Notes under the pieces: generated by a model
Told to the model about the DNA's origin: nothing
Databases searched by the model: none
What the model saw: the letters and a program-made list of their open reading frames with translations, nothing else
Assembly: GCA_039918615.1 (NCBI GenBank)
Contig: JBDSHG010000024.1
Coordinates: 7,795-71,794 of the forward strand
Length of the DNA: 64,000 bases
DNA from: Gemmatimonadaceae bacterium
Lineage (GTDB): Bacteria; Gemmatimonadota; Gemmatimonadetes; Gemmatimonadales; Gemmatimonadaceae
Direction of reading: 5' to 3'
Part shown: positions 1-8,021 of the stretch, piece by piece
How positions within the stretch are numbered: the first letter of the stretch is position 1
Layout: each line of letters opens with the position of its first letter
Made by a program: the position numbers and the translations under genes

Positions 1-693
1 CAGCCGGTGGTGCGCGACATCGATCGCGAGCCCCGACGGCGATTCGCACGGCGCCAGCGCCCAATGGCGAGTGACGCGGTTGTGCTTCGTGTCGATCTCC
101 ACGATCGCGCTGCTGTCCTCGAGGTTCACGAAGACCGTTCCCATTCCATCCGATGCGCCGAACTCGGGACGGCCGCCGAGCGGGATCGTGGCGATGACGG
201 CGCCAGTGCTGCCATCGATGACGCTTGCGCTGTTCGCCGCCCCATTGAGCGAGAACACGTGCGACGAACCCTCGTCGAAGATCAGCCCGTCCGCGCCGGC
301 GCTCCCTTTCGCCGTAGCGAGCACCTTCAAAGTCGCGAGATCGAACATCGTGACGGAGCTGTCACCGCTGCCCGTCACGAATCCGTGGCTCGTGTGATAG
401 TCGAAGGCGACGCCGTGCGTGCGATGCAGCCCGGTGATCTCGCTGAGCAGCTTTCCGGATTTCTCGTCGATCACCATCACCCGGTCGCCGCGCGCCACGA
501 AGACCCGATGGTACGCCGTGTCGAGCGCGAGGTAATCCCACCCGCCGTCGCCGCCGAGCGTGTGCGCGGCGATCAGGTGATATGGCGCGGCGGCGTTCTG
601 CGCCGCGACCGGCATCGCCAGAATGGTGGCGCTGGCGATGCCGGCTGAGAGACGAAAGGCGCGGCGCCCGAGGGAGGATGGAGCGATCGGCAT
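1..693 (-). CDS. YncE-like beta-propeller repeat protein, secreted; 3' end runs off the window
   Basis: Not in the ORF track because there is no stop in the window. My minus-strand translation from ATG 693-691 gives MPIAPSSLGRRAFRLSAGIASATILAMPVAAQ (signal peptide). Repeated blade-like segments follow: HRVFVARGDRVMVIDEKSGK, GFVTGSGDSSVTMFDLATLK, TVFVNLEDSSAIVEIDTKHN. Confidence 0.65.
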   Translation of the reverse strand, partial: MPIAPSSLGRRAFRLSAGIASATILAMPVAAQNAAAPYHLIAAHTLGGDGGWDYLALDTAYHRVFVARGDRVMVIDEKSGKLLSEITGLHRTHGVAFDYHTSHGFVTGSGDSSVTMFDLATLKVLATAKGSAGADGLIFDEGSSHVFSLNGAANSASVIDGSTGAVIATIPLGGRPEFGASDGMGTVFVNLEDSSAIVEIDTKHNRVTRHWALAPCESPSGLAIDVAHHRL

Positions 694-883
694 GCGAGTC
701 GGATCGGATGGTGAGGTGAGCGCCCTTGGTCGCGCCCGCGCGAATGTGCGGCTCGGATCGAAGCTACCCCGCTAATCTGTCCGTCGGGTTACAGTAAGAA
801 CACCGGACACGACAATGCATTCGAGGTCCTCGGTCTCGCTACTTTTCTCCCTCACACAGTCGCTCACTCACGCGGGGAATTCC

Positions 884-1624
884 ATGCAGGGGATGTCGGC
901 ACGCGTCGTTGTAATCGCAGCGCTCTCACTCGTTATCCCGCCGGGCGCGCGTGCGCAGGCCGCCGACACCACGCACAAATTCTCCGGCAGCGGCGAGTTC
1001 GGCCTCGTGAATGCCGCCGGCAATACCGAAGTCACGACTCTCAACTTCGGCGAGCAGCTCTCGTATGCGCCGACCAAGCTGTTCCACTTTATGCAGACGG
1101 CGAGCATCGTCTACGGAAAGACCGACGGCGTCGAGTCCGCCAGCCTCTGGCAGGGGAACCTCCGTGGCGACCGCGACCTCGGCAATCGATGGGGCGCGTA
1201 CGCGCTGCTCGAGTTCGATCGCAATACCTTCGCCGGCATCGACCGCCGCTTTCAGGAGGGGGTGGGCGCGCTCTATCATCCGGTCCGCACGGCAACCGAC
1301 ACGCTGAGCGCGGAGCTCGGCGTCGGGCTCGTCGAGCAGCGCTCGACATCGGGCTCGAGCACCACGCAGCCAATCGGGCGCATCGCGGGGGTCTATCGTC
1401 GCAGCTTCGCGCCGAAGGCGTACGGCGAGGAGCAGCTCGAGATTCTTCCCGATCTGCAAGTGGGGAAGCAGCTTCGCATCAACTCGGCGACGTCGGTCGT
1501 CGCACCGCTCTTCAGGAATCTCGCGCTCAAGGCGAGCTACGTCGTCAACTTCGACAACGATCCGGAGCCGGGCCGTCGCAAAACCGATCGCTTTCTGACA
1601 ACGGGCGTGCAGCTTTCCTTCTGA
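884..1624 (+). CDS. DUF481-family outer-membrane beta-barrel protein
   Basis: ORF 815..1624. Internal ATGs at 884 and 893 precede the signal peptide MSARVVVIAALSLVIPPGARAQA. Alternating beta-strand pattern with a C-terminal aromatic (GVQLSF). Resembles YdiY/DUF481 proteins (GKTDGVESASLWQGNLRGDRDL, LLEFDRNTFAGIDRRF). Confidence 0.65.
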   Translation: MQGMSARVVVIAALSLVIPPGARAQAADTTHKFSGSGEFGLVNAAGNTEVTTLNFGEQLSYAPTKLFHFMQTASIVYGKTDGVESASLWQGNLRGDRDLGNRWGAYALLEFDRNTFAGIDRRFQEGVGALYHPVRTATDTLSAELGVGLVEQRSTSGSSTTQPIGRIAGVYRRSFAPKAYGEEQLEILPDLQVGKQLRINSATSVVAPLFRNLALKASYVVNFDNDPEPGRRKTDRFLTTGVQLSF

Positions 1625-1695
1625 TTTGCCGGAACGCCCCTTGCCTTACAGCTGCTGACGACGCTTCACCATCACACTCGAACGGATACGAACCA

Positions 1696-2064
1696 ATGGC
1701 ACTCTCCGCCGCTCAACTCAAGCATTTCGAAAAGCGACTCCTGGAAGAACGCGCCGCGCTGCAACAGGAGTTGCAACGTTACACGGGCGCCGAGGCGGCG
1801 GACGATGAGCAGGAACAGTCCGGCGATCTGAGCAAGGTGCCGTTCCACCCTGCGGATCTCGGAACCGACACGATCGACCAGGAGATCGAAGCGTCGAATG
1901 CGACGCGCGAGTCCGTGGAGCTCGCCGAGATCGACGCGGCGCTGCAGCGGCTCTACGAGACGCCGGAAAAGTTCGGGATGGATGAGAACACGAACACGCC
2001 GATCTCGCTGGAGCGGCTCGAGATCATTCCGTGGGCGCGCGCCGGAATGCAGGGACGAAAGTAG
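1696..2064 (+). CDS. DksA/TraR-family protein lacking the C4 zinc finger
   Basis: In-frame ATG at 1696 inside track ORF 1189..2064. MALSAAQLKHFEKRLLEERAALQQEL coiled coil and acidic tip (GDLSKVPFHPADLGTD). The C-terminal ELAEIDAALQRL...ISLERLEIIPWA resembles the DksA C-terminus but has no Cys pairs. Confidence 0.55.
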   Translation: MALSAAQLKHFEKRLLEERAALQQELQRYTGAEAADDEQEQSGDLSKVPFHPADLGTDTIDQEIEASNATRESVELAEIDAALQRLYETPEKFGMDENTNTPISLERLEIIPWARAGMQGRK

Positions 2065-2067
2065 TCG

Positions 2068-2637
2068 CTACTGATTCGCCGGCGCGGCATCCCACTTGAG
2101 GACCGCTCCCTTCTGGCCCGGCTTCACGTCGATCGGCGCGCCCAGCATGGCGCCGACGGTGCTTCGCGCGGCGATCGTGACGGTGCCCGCGCTCGAAAGG
2201 GTGAGCGTCGGATTGCCGATGAACATCGTGGTGCCCCCGATGTAGATCCGGCGGGCGTGTCCGCCGCACATCGTGTGCGCGTCCTTCCCGGCGACCAGCT
2301 CTGCGTGGAGATCGCCCTCGGGCGCGCTGTTGACGTTGATCGTCACCTGCGACGAGTGATTCGCCGCATCGCCATTCACGATGAGATCCACGCGCGCGCC
2401 CGCGCCCGCATCCCCGGCCTCGGCGCCGCAGAATCCAGCGAGCATGATCATGGCGCTGTCGCCCATCATCATCCCCATCTGCGGGCCCGGCTTGGGCGCC
2501 GGAAGGGGCGCAACGGCGACGGCAGGGCGCGCCGAGCCGCTGTCGGCGGGAACTGCGGGAGCCTCCTTCGAGCATCCGGCGGTGAAGAGCGCGACGACGA
2601 CGGGGAACGACAGACGGACGGGAAGTTGCGCGCGCAT
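2068..2637 (-). CDS. hypothetical lipoprotein
   Basis: Only the last 189 codons of track ORF 2068..3102 look real. ATG at 2637 gives MRAQLPVRLSFPVVVALFTAGCSKE (signal peptide plus lipobox-like TAGC). Confidence 0.5.
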   Translation of the reverse strand: MRAQLPVRLSFPVVVALFTAGCSKEAPAVPADSGSARPAVAVAPLPAPKPGPQMGMMMGDSAMIMLAGFCGAEAGDAGAGARVDLIVNGDAANHSSQVTINVNSAPEGDLHAELVAGKDAHTMCGGHARRIYIGGTTMFIGNPTLTLSSAGTVTIAARSTVGAMLGAPIDVKPGQKGAVLKWDAAPANQ

Positions 2638-2853
2638 TGGGGCTCCGGTTGGAGAGTCGGGTGGGAAGGTACGCAATTGGGAGGGGAAAGGGCCAGTTGC
2701 CGTTCGCGTGATTCGACGCAATTGGACCACGCAACGGTGGACTTCTTCGCGAAGGAATCTTTGCGCTGGCAGAGGTACTAAGGAAATCCTTGCGTTCGAC
2801 GCTCCCGGATTTAGCATAGGGCCCATTACTAGCGGCCTCATCCCCCATGCGAG

Positions 2854-3840
2854 GTGCAGATGCGTCGTCCCGGATTTGCACGGCCCATCATTGCGGTCCT
2901 TTGTGCGCTGGTCGGTGCCACGAGTGTGCTCGCGCAGACGTCCAGCGACTTGTGCAGCGCGCCGCAGATGAAGACCGAGAAGTGGAAGTCCCGGCCTGAG
3001 AATGGGGGGATGACTCTGCTTCTGCCGCCGGGCTTCGGCGCAACAGGCATCGGCGGCGGCGTCGAGGAATCGGGTGCGCACTATTATCAAAATGGCGAGC
3101 ACCGGACCATCGTCGTCGGCTTCGGTCCTGGGCTGCAGTCGCTGATGCGCTTCACGAACGTGTCCGAAAAGGGGGAGTGCGAGACGACGATCGCGGGTCG
3201 CCGCGTCTCCATCATCGTCTACAACTGGGTCGTCGAAGACCAGCTGTTATCATCGTCCGGAAACGCCGGCGCGCACTTCGCGGCGGTTGCCCGGTATTAC
3301 CCGAGCGGGTCGCAGCGCGAGGTGTACATCGCGTTCATCTCGAACGTCGCGTCCGAGCTCAAGTACTTCAAGCCGATATTCTGGGCGGTGACGTTCGACG
3401 GCTCGCCTGCAGTGGCATCGGCGTCGCCGTCGTCCGCGCCATCGGCCGGTGTCGCGAACATCTCCGACATGCATCCCGCTGCCGCTGCTCCACCGGCACC
3501 ACTGCAGAGCTGCATCATCGCCGAGCAGCCGGCCGGAACGGCCGCTACCAGCACGGTCGTCGATAGCGCAGCGGTGCAGACGCAGCTTGGCGGCAAGGCG
3601 GAGATTCCGAACGGCTACGAGCTGATGATGGTGCAGTACGCCGCGACCGGTGCGTTCAGCGGCGTGAAGGTCGCACAAACGAACTTCGATGACGCGACCC
3701 AGCACGAGCTCGCGGCGGCGCTTGGACCCAACGTGAAGGCGCACGACGCTGGGGTTCCCGCATCACTCATGCTCCGCGTCGATGCATCGATGCGGGGGCT
3801 GCACTATACGGCGCTGCCGGCGGGGTCCTGCACGCCATAG
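2854..3840 (+). CDS. hypothetical secreted protein
   Basis: ORF with signal peptide MQMRRPGFARPIIAVLCALVGATSVLAQ and an Ala/Ser/Pro-rich linker between two globular halves. No motif recognised. Confidence 0.5.
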   Translation: MQMRRPGFARPIIAVLCALVGATSVLAQTSSDLCSAPQMKTEKWKSRPENGGMTLLLPPGFGATGIGGGVEESGAHYYQNGEHRTIVVGFGPGLQSLMRFTNVSEKGECETTIAGRRVSIIVYNWVVEDQLLSSSGNAGAHFAAVARYYPSGSQREVYIAFISNVASELKYFKPIFWAVTFDGSPAVASASPSSAPSAGVANISDMHPAAAAPPAPLQSCIIAEQPAGTAATSTVVDSAAVQTQLGGKAEIPNGYELMMVQYAATGAFSGVKVAQTNFDDATQHELAAALGPNVKAHDAGVPASLMLRVDASMRGLHYTALPAGSCTP

Positions 3841-3865
3841 CATCTCGCCCGATGTCACCGGATGC

Positions 3866-3901
3866 AAAAAAGGCCGGCCCAATTCAGGGCCGGCCTTTTT
3901 G
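3866..3901. terminator. bidirectional rho-independent terminator between two convergent genes
   Basis: aaaaaa-GGCCGGCCC-aattca-GGGCCGGCC-ttttt. Perfect 9-bp GC stem (3872-3880 / 3888-3896) flanked by an A-run and a T-run. Confidence 0.7.
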
Positions 3902-3922
3902 CTTTCGAGTGTCGCCTACGAA

Positions 3923-4543
3923 CTACCGCGCGTAGAACTCGACGATCGCGGCCTCGTTCACGATGAACGGAATGTCCGCGCGCGCGGGCGAACCGATCAC
4001 GCGGCCCGTGAACTTGTCGTCGGGATCGAGCGCGAGGTAGCCCGGTATCCGAACCTGCGGACCACGCGTCACCGACTCCAGCACGCCGACACGCTCACGA
4101 ATCTTCCCCTCTGGCAGCGAAATCGTCTCGCCCACGTCGGCCAGGAAGCTCGCACGATCGACCTTCTTGCCGTTCACGCGAATGTGCCCATGCGAGACCA
4201 GCTGGCGAGCAGCGGGGATCGTGGGAGCGAAGCCGAGGCGGAAGACGACGTTGTCCAGCCGACGCTCGAGGAGCGCGAGCAGATTGTCGCCCGTCTTGCC
4301 CGGGAGGCGCTGCGCTTCCGCGAAGTAGCGGCGGAGCTGCGTCTCGGTGACCCCGTAGTTGAAGCGGACCTTCTGCTTCTCCTCGAGGAGGCGGCGGAAC
4401 ATGCTGGTCTTCCGGCGCTTGGAACCCGTGGGGCCGTGCTGGCCGGGCGGATACGGACGGCGCTCGCCATCCTTGCGGGTAAGACCGGGGAGCTGAACGC
4501 CCAGGCGTCGAATGACCCTGAGACGGGGACCGCGAATCGGCAT
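3923..4543 (-). CDS. rpsD: 30S ribosomal protein S4
   Basis: MPIRGPRLRVIRRLGVQLPGLTRK...YGVTETQLRRYF...LERRLDNVVFRLGFAPTIPAARQLVSHGHIRVNGKKVDRASF. Unmistakable S4 with S4 RNA-binding domain. Start taken at the internal ATG 4543 of ORF 3923..4573. Confidence 0.95.
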   Translation of the reverse strand: MPIRGPRLRVIRRLGVQLPGLTRKDGERRPYPPGQHGPTGSKRRKTSMFRRLLEEKQKVRFNYGVTETQLRRYFAEAQRLPGKTGDNLLALLERRLDNVVFRLGFAPTIPAARQLVSHGHIRVNGKKVDRASFLADVGETISLPEGKIRERVGVLESVTRGPQVRIPGYLALDPDDKFTGRVIGSPARADIPFIVNEAAIVEFYAR

Positions 4544-4989
4544 TGAGGAGCGACTGAGTAGTGAAAAGGGCAAACGCGTACAACTTCGAATGATAACTCA
4601 TTACAGGGCGTCGGGCAACTCGTTCCACGCTGCCCGTCCGCCCGTCTTCGCGCTGCCCGTTTGCCGTCTAGCGACAATCCCTGGGAGCGCTGCGAACTGT
4701 ACCCGTGAACGTGCGTGAAGCCATTCAAATGCGACTCGTACCACGCGACCGTCGGACCCATCGTGGGATTGTTCGTCGGGGAATTGTTGATCGAATAGTC
4801 GTTCCCCTGCATCTTGCTCGTGCAGATCACTCCGTCGGGCATTTTCGTGGGCGCGTTTCCGAGCATGCCAACGGTCGCGGGGCTCAGCGCGAGTCCCGTG
4901 AGCAGATCGCTCGTCAGCGTTTTTCCTTGTGCCGATGCGCTCGTCGACGCCAGAGCGACCATCGCCAGCAGTTTGCAGATGTTTTTCAT
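4174..4989 (-). CDS. putative small secreted protein; 3' end uncertain because the ORF runs into rpsD in another frame
   Basis: MKNICKLLAMVALASTSASAQ signal peptide and a plausible roughly 100-codon body (4650-4989). There is no stop until 4174, so the ORF would overlap the rpsD leader and about 370 nt of rpsD coding sequence. Confidence 0.3.
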   Translation of the reverse strand: MKNICKLLAMVALASTSASAQGKTLTSDLLTGLALSPATVGMLGNAPTKMPDGVICTSKMQGNDYSINNSPTNNPTMGPTVAWYESHLNGFTHVHGYSSQRSQGLSLDGKRAARRRADGQRGTSCPTPCNELSFEVVRVCPFHYSVAPQCRFAVPVSGSFDAWAFSSPVLPARMASAVRIRPASTAPRVPSAGRPACSAASSRRSRRSASTTGSPRRSSAATSRKRSASRARRATICSRSSSVGWTTSSSASASLPRSPLLASWSRMGTFA

Positions 4990-5124
4990 CTTCTCGCCTT
5001 TCGCCGCAGTGTGAGCACGCGGTGTCGGTACGAGAGCAAATCTCTTCGATACACGTTACTTCAGTGTTATCGCGCCGTTTGTTGGGCTAGGCCTTCGCTG
5101 GTTTCGCGCAAATCTCCTGCGCAA

Positions 5125-5706
5125 CTACGAAACGCTATCCGCCACCGCCACACTCCGATCATCCGTCAACACCCGCCTCGCCCCTCGCCACCGCTTTACT
5201 CCGGCGACCTTTGGATTCATCAGATCCGTCTCGATCACCTCGTGCGCCTTCGTGCTCGCGTGGACGATCCGCCCATTTCCCACGTAGATCCCGATGTGCG
5301 ACACGGCGCCCTTCGTACCGCGACCGAAAGTCACAAGATCGCCGGGGAGCAGTTGCGACGTGTCCGCAGGCACCTCGACGCCCGCGAAGGCCTGCTTCGC
5401 AGCAGTGCGCGGAACCACAATGTGAAGCGCGGCAACAATATAGCGAACCAGACCGCTGCAGTCGAAACCCCGCGCTGGCGTCTCACCACCGTGCACGTAC
5501 TTCCTGCCAACCTGCGCCCGTGCAAGCGATACCAGGCTGTCCCGGAGCGTCATCGCCGAGGCGCTGAAGGCCGCAAACGGCTTCGGGGCGCCGAGCGCCT
5601 TCGCGTCGTACGCCGGTGCCTCGCGCGCGCCATCCTGCGCCCACGCCGCCACCGGCACGACGAGCAGCGCACAGCCCACGGCCACGAGCCGGAGCGTGCG
5701 AGTCAT
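5125..5706 (-). CDS. NlpC/P60 (C40) family peptidoglycan endopeptidase
   Basis: Signal peptide MTRTLRLVAVGCALLVVPVAAWAQ. Catalytic core GRKYVHGGETPARGFDCSGLVRYI ... GDLVTFG...VSHIGIYVGNGRIVHAS (Cys/His of C40). Confidence 0.85.
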   Translation of the reverse strand: MTRTLRLVAVGCALLVVPVAAWAQDGAREAPAYDAKALGAPKPFAAFSASAMTLRDSLVSLARAQVGRKYVHGGETPARGFDCSGLVRYIVAALHIVVPRTAAKQAFAGVEVPADTSQLLPGDLVTFGRGTKGAVSHIGIYVGNGRIVHASTKAHEVIETDLMNPKVAGVKRWRGARRVLTDDRSVAVADSVS

Positions 5707-5832
5707 CCAAAGGGCACCACGTGAATGGAAGAGCACGCTAGAGTCATTCATACGAGAACACGACGAGCCGCCCCGAGGCGCAGCAACGCTGCAAATCGAG
5801 TGGCAAAATGTGCCGGTGAAGCTTCGAAAATG

Positions 5833-6699
5833 CTAACGCTTCCGCCTGGTTCGGGCAACCAAGGCCGTCGACACCTGTCCGTGATTGAGCATCGCCACGA
5901 AAGTGACTCCGCCGACGATATTCCCCATCACGGCGGGCAGAATGCACATCCCTGCCGCCGCCCACGTTGCGTGGCCACTCGCCGCCACGAAAAAGACCTC
6001 GACGCTCCCGGCGATCGAGTGGCGGAAGTTGAGCGCCGCGATCGGCGCCGTCGTCAGCCAGATCAGAAAGATTTGCGCCCCGGTGTGCGAAGTCGCCGCC
6101 ACCAGCCATGCCGTCAGCGCGATCAGCCACCCCGCGAAGATCGCAAGGTAGAAGTGTTCCCCGAAGCTCCCATTGAAAAGCGTCCCACCGAGGGCGAGCA
6201 TGCTCTCCCGCACGGCCGGTGTCACCACCGCGGTGTTGGCGAAGAGCGCCCCGAAGGCCGCCGATCCCGCCATGTTCCCCCCGAGGACGATCGCCCACAG
6301 CCGGAGCATCTTCGCCACCGTCTCCCGCGACGGATGCGCCAGCACCGGGATCACGGGCTCCAGCGTGTTCTCGGTGAACAGCTGGCTGCGCCCGATGATC
6401 ACGAGGATGAAGCCCATCGGATAGACCGCCGCGGCTATCGCCTGGCGGTATTCCGGCGCCACGAGCGTCGCCGCATACGCGCCACCCACGAAGCTCCATC
6501 CGATCGTGAGCCCGGCCGTGACCGCGGACCACAGGAGATCCCACGCCGGGCGGCTCATCTCCTCCTTCGCCGCCTGCAGCACGTTGTCGTGAATCTCCTG
6601 AGCCGACAGACGCGTACCGACTTCGGGTCCGACGGGGGCATTCGACGCGACGCCAGCCACTCCGCCGCGGCGGGGAGAGCGATTTTCCGTGGTCACCAT
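5833..6699 (-). CDS. formate/nitrite transporter (FNT) family channel
   Basis: Six-TM pattern with IGRSQLFTENTL and ALNFRHSIAGSVEVF-type FNT signatures. Confidence 0.8.
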   Translation of the reverse strand: MVTTENRSPRRGGVAGVASNAPVGPEVGTRLSAQEIHDNVLQAAKEEMSRPAWDLLWSAVTAGLTIGWSFVGGAYAATLVAPEYRQAIAAAVYPMGFILVIIGRSQLFTENTLEPVIPVLAHPSRETVAKMLRLWAIVLGGNMAGSAAFGALFANTAVVTPAVRESMLALGGTLFNGSFGEHFYLAIFAGWLIALTAWLVAATSHTGAQIFLIWLTTAPIAALNFRHSIAGSVEVFFVAASGHATWAAAGMCILPAVMGNIVGGVTFVAMLNHGQVSTALVARTRRKR

Positions 6700-6817
6700 G
6701 CATCCCGTGCAAGAGAAGTGAATCGACGAAGCACCACGGAAGAGTCATGCCCCGCTCGGCCGCCGCGCCCTGCGAATAACTTGCGGCCCAGTCCGTATGA
6801 CCGTAGTCTAGAGCACA

Positions 6818-7081
6818 ATGATCGAGATACTCCTCGAGGGCCTCCTGTTCGTCGCCTCCATCGCGACGATCGCGGCCCTCGTTTTTTACGTCACACGAAA
6901 GTCCACATCGCTCGGCCTTCGCGCGCAACAGAACGAGAATCGGCTCTCGATCGAGCGCGAGGCGGAGCTGGTCTGTCCGATCCACGGCGAGCACACCGAA
7001 GAGCAGCTCGTGCGCCTCGAGAGCGGCGAGCGCATCTGCCCCGAATGCTTTCGAGAAGCCATGAAAGGAATCGTCGACTAA
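6818..7081 (+). CDS. small membrane-anchored protein with a CPxH...CPEC zinc-ribbon-like motif
   Basis: N-terminal TM segment (LLEGLLFVASIATIAALVFYV), then LVCPIHGEHT...RICPECF. Lies 22 nt upstream of the SPFH gene on the same strand. Confidence 0.45.
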   Translation: MIEILLEGLLFVASIATIAALVFYVTRKSTSLGLRAQQNENRLSIEREAELVCPIHGEHTEEQLVRLESGERICPECFREAMKGIVD

Positions 7082-7103
7082 CGCACCTCCCGGAGCTCAC
7101 GAC

Positions 7104-7988
7104 ATGGACACCGATCGGCCCCGCCTTCCCGCCTCACTGCGCCTGGTCTTCATCGGACTCGGCGTCCTCGCCCTGCTCATCCTCGCGATGACCAGCACGA
7201 CGTACGTGAACCCCGGCCACGTCGGCATCATCATCCACCGCACCGGCGGCGGGGTCGACGCCACGCCGTATGGTCCCGGACTCCACATGCGCAACCCGCT
7301 CACGACGGGCGTCCAGGAGTATCCCACCTTCATGCAGACTCTCGTCCTCACGAAAGCCGGCACCGAGGGCTCTTCGAACAACGACGAGATCAACGTCAAC
7401 AGCGTCGAAGGACAGCCGCTCTCGCTCGACGTCTCGATGTCGTTCGAGCTCGATCCGCGCATGGTGCCCGCGCTCTACTCGACCTTCCGCTCGGACGTCA
7501 TGACGATCGAGCACACCTACGTGAAGCAGGCGATCCGGCAGGCGCTGCAGGAGATCGTCGGCAACGAGGCGATCGCCGACATCATCGGCCCGAAGAAGGC
7601 CGAGGTCACGGGGCGCGTCGAAAAGCTCATCGCATCGCGTCTCAGCCAGTACGGCATCGTCGTGAAGCAGTTCACGATCAACGAGCTCCGCGCACCGCCG
7701 GCGGTCATCGAAGCGATCAACCAGAAGAACGTGATGCAGCAGCAGTCGCTCACGGCCGAGAATGAGCTGCAGAAGAACAAGTTCCAGGCGCAGGGCGATT
7801 CGATCAAAGGAGCGGGCCGCGCGAAGGCGATTCTAGCCGAGGCCGAGGCGCAGGCGAAGGCGAACATTCTCCTCGCGCAGAGCATCACGGCGACGCTCGT
7901 CTCGTACGAGATGGCCAAGCGCTGGGACGGCAAGATGCCGCAGGTAACGGGCGGGGCCACGCCCTTGATCCAGATGCCGAAGCCGTAG
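7104..7988 (+). CDS. SPFH/band-7 (prohibitin-like) membrane protein
   Basis: N-terminal TM segment, then an SPFH core (VNPGHVGIIIHRTGGG..., INVNSVEGQPLSLDVSMSFELD) and a C-terminal Ala/Gln-rich coiled coil. Confidence 0.85.
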   Translation: MDTDRPRLPASLRLVFIGLGVLALLILAMTSTTYVNPGHVGIIIHRTGGGVDATPYGPGLHMRNPLTTGVQEYPTFMQTLVLTKAGTEGSSNNDEINVNSVEGQPLSLDVSMSFELDPRMVPALYSTFRSDVMTIEHTYVKQAIRQALQEIVGNEAIADIIGPKKAEVTGRVEKLIASRLSQYGIVVKQFTINELRAPPAVIEAINQKNVMQQQSLTAENELQKNKFQAQGDSIKGAGRAKAILAEAEAQAKANILLAQSITATLVSYEMAKRWDGKMPQVTGGATPLIQMPKP

Positions 7989-8021
7989 CTCCGGGGAACG
8001 AATCATGCGAAAGCCCGTCGC

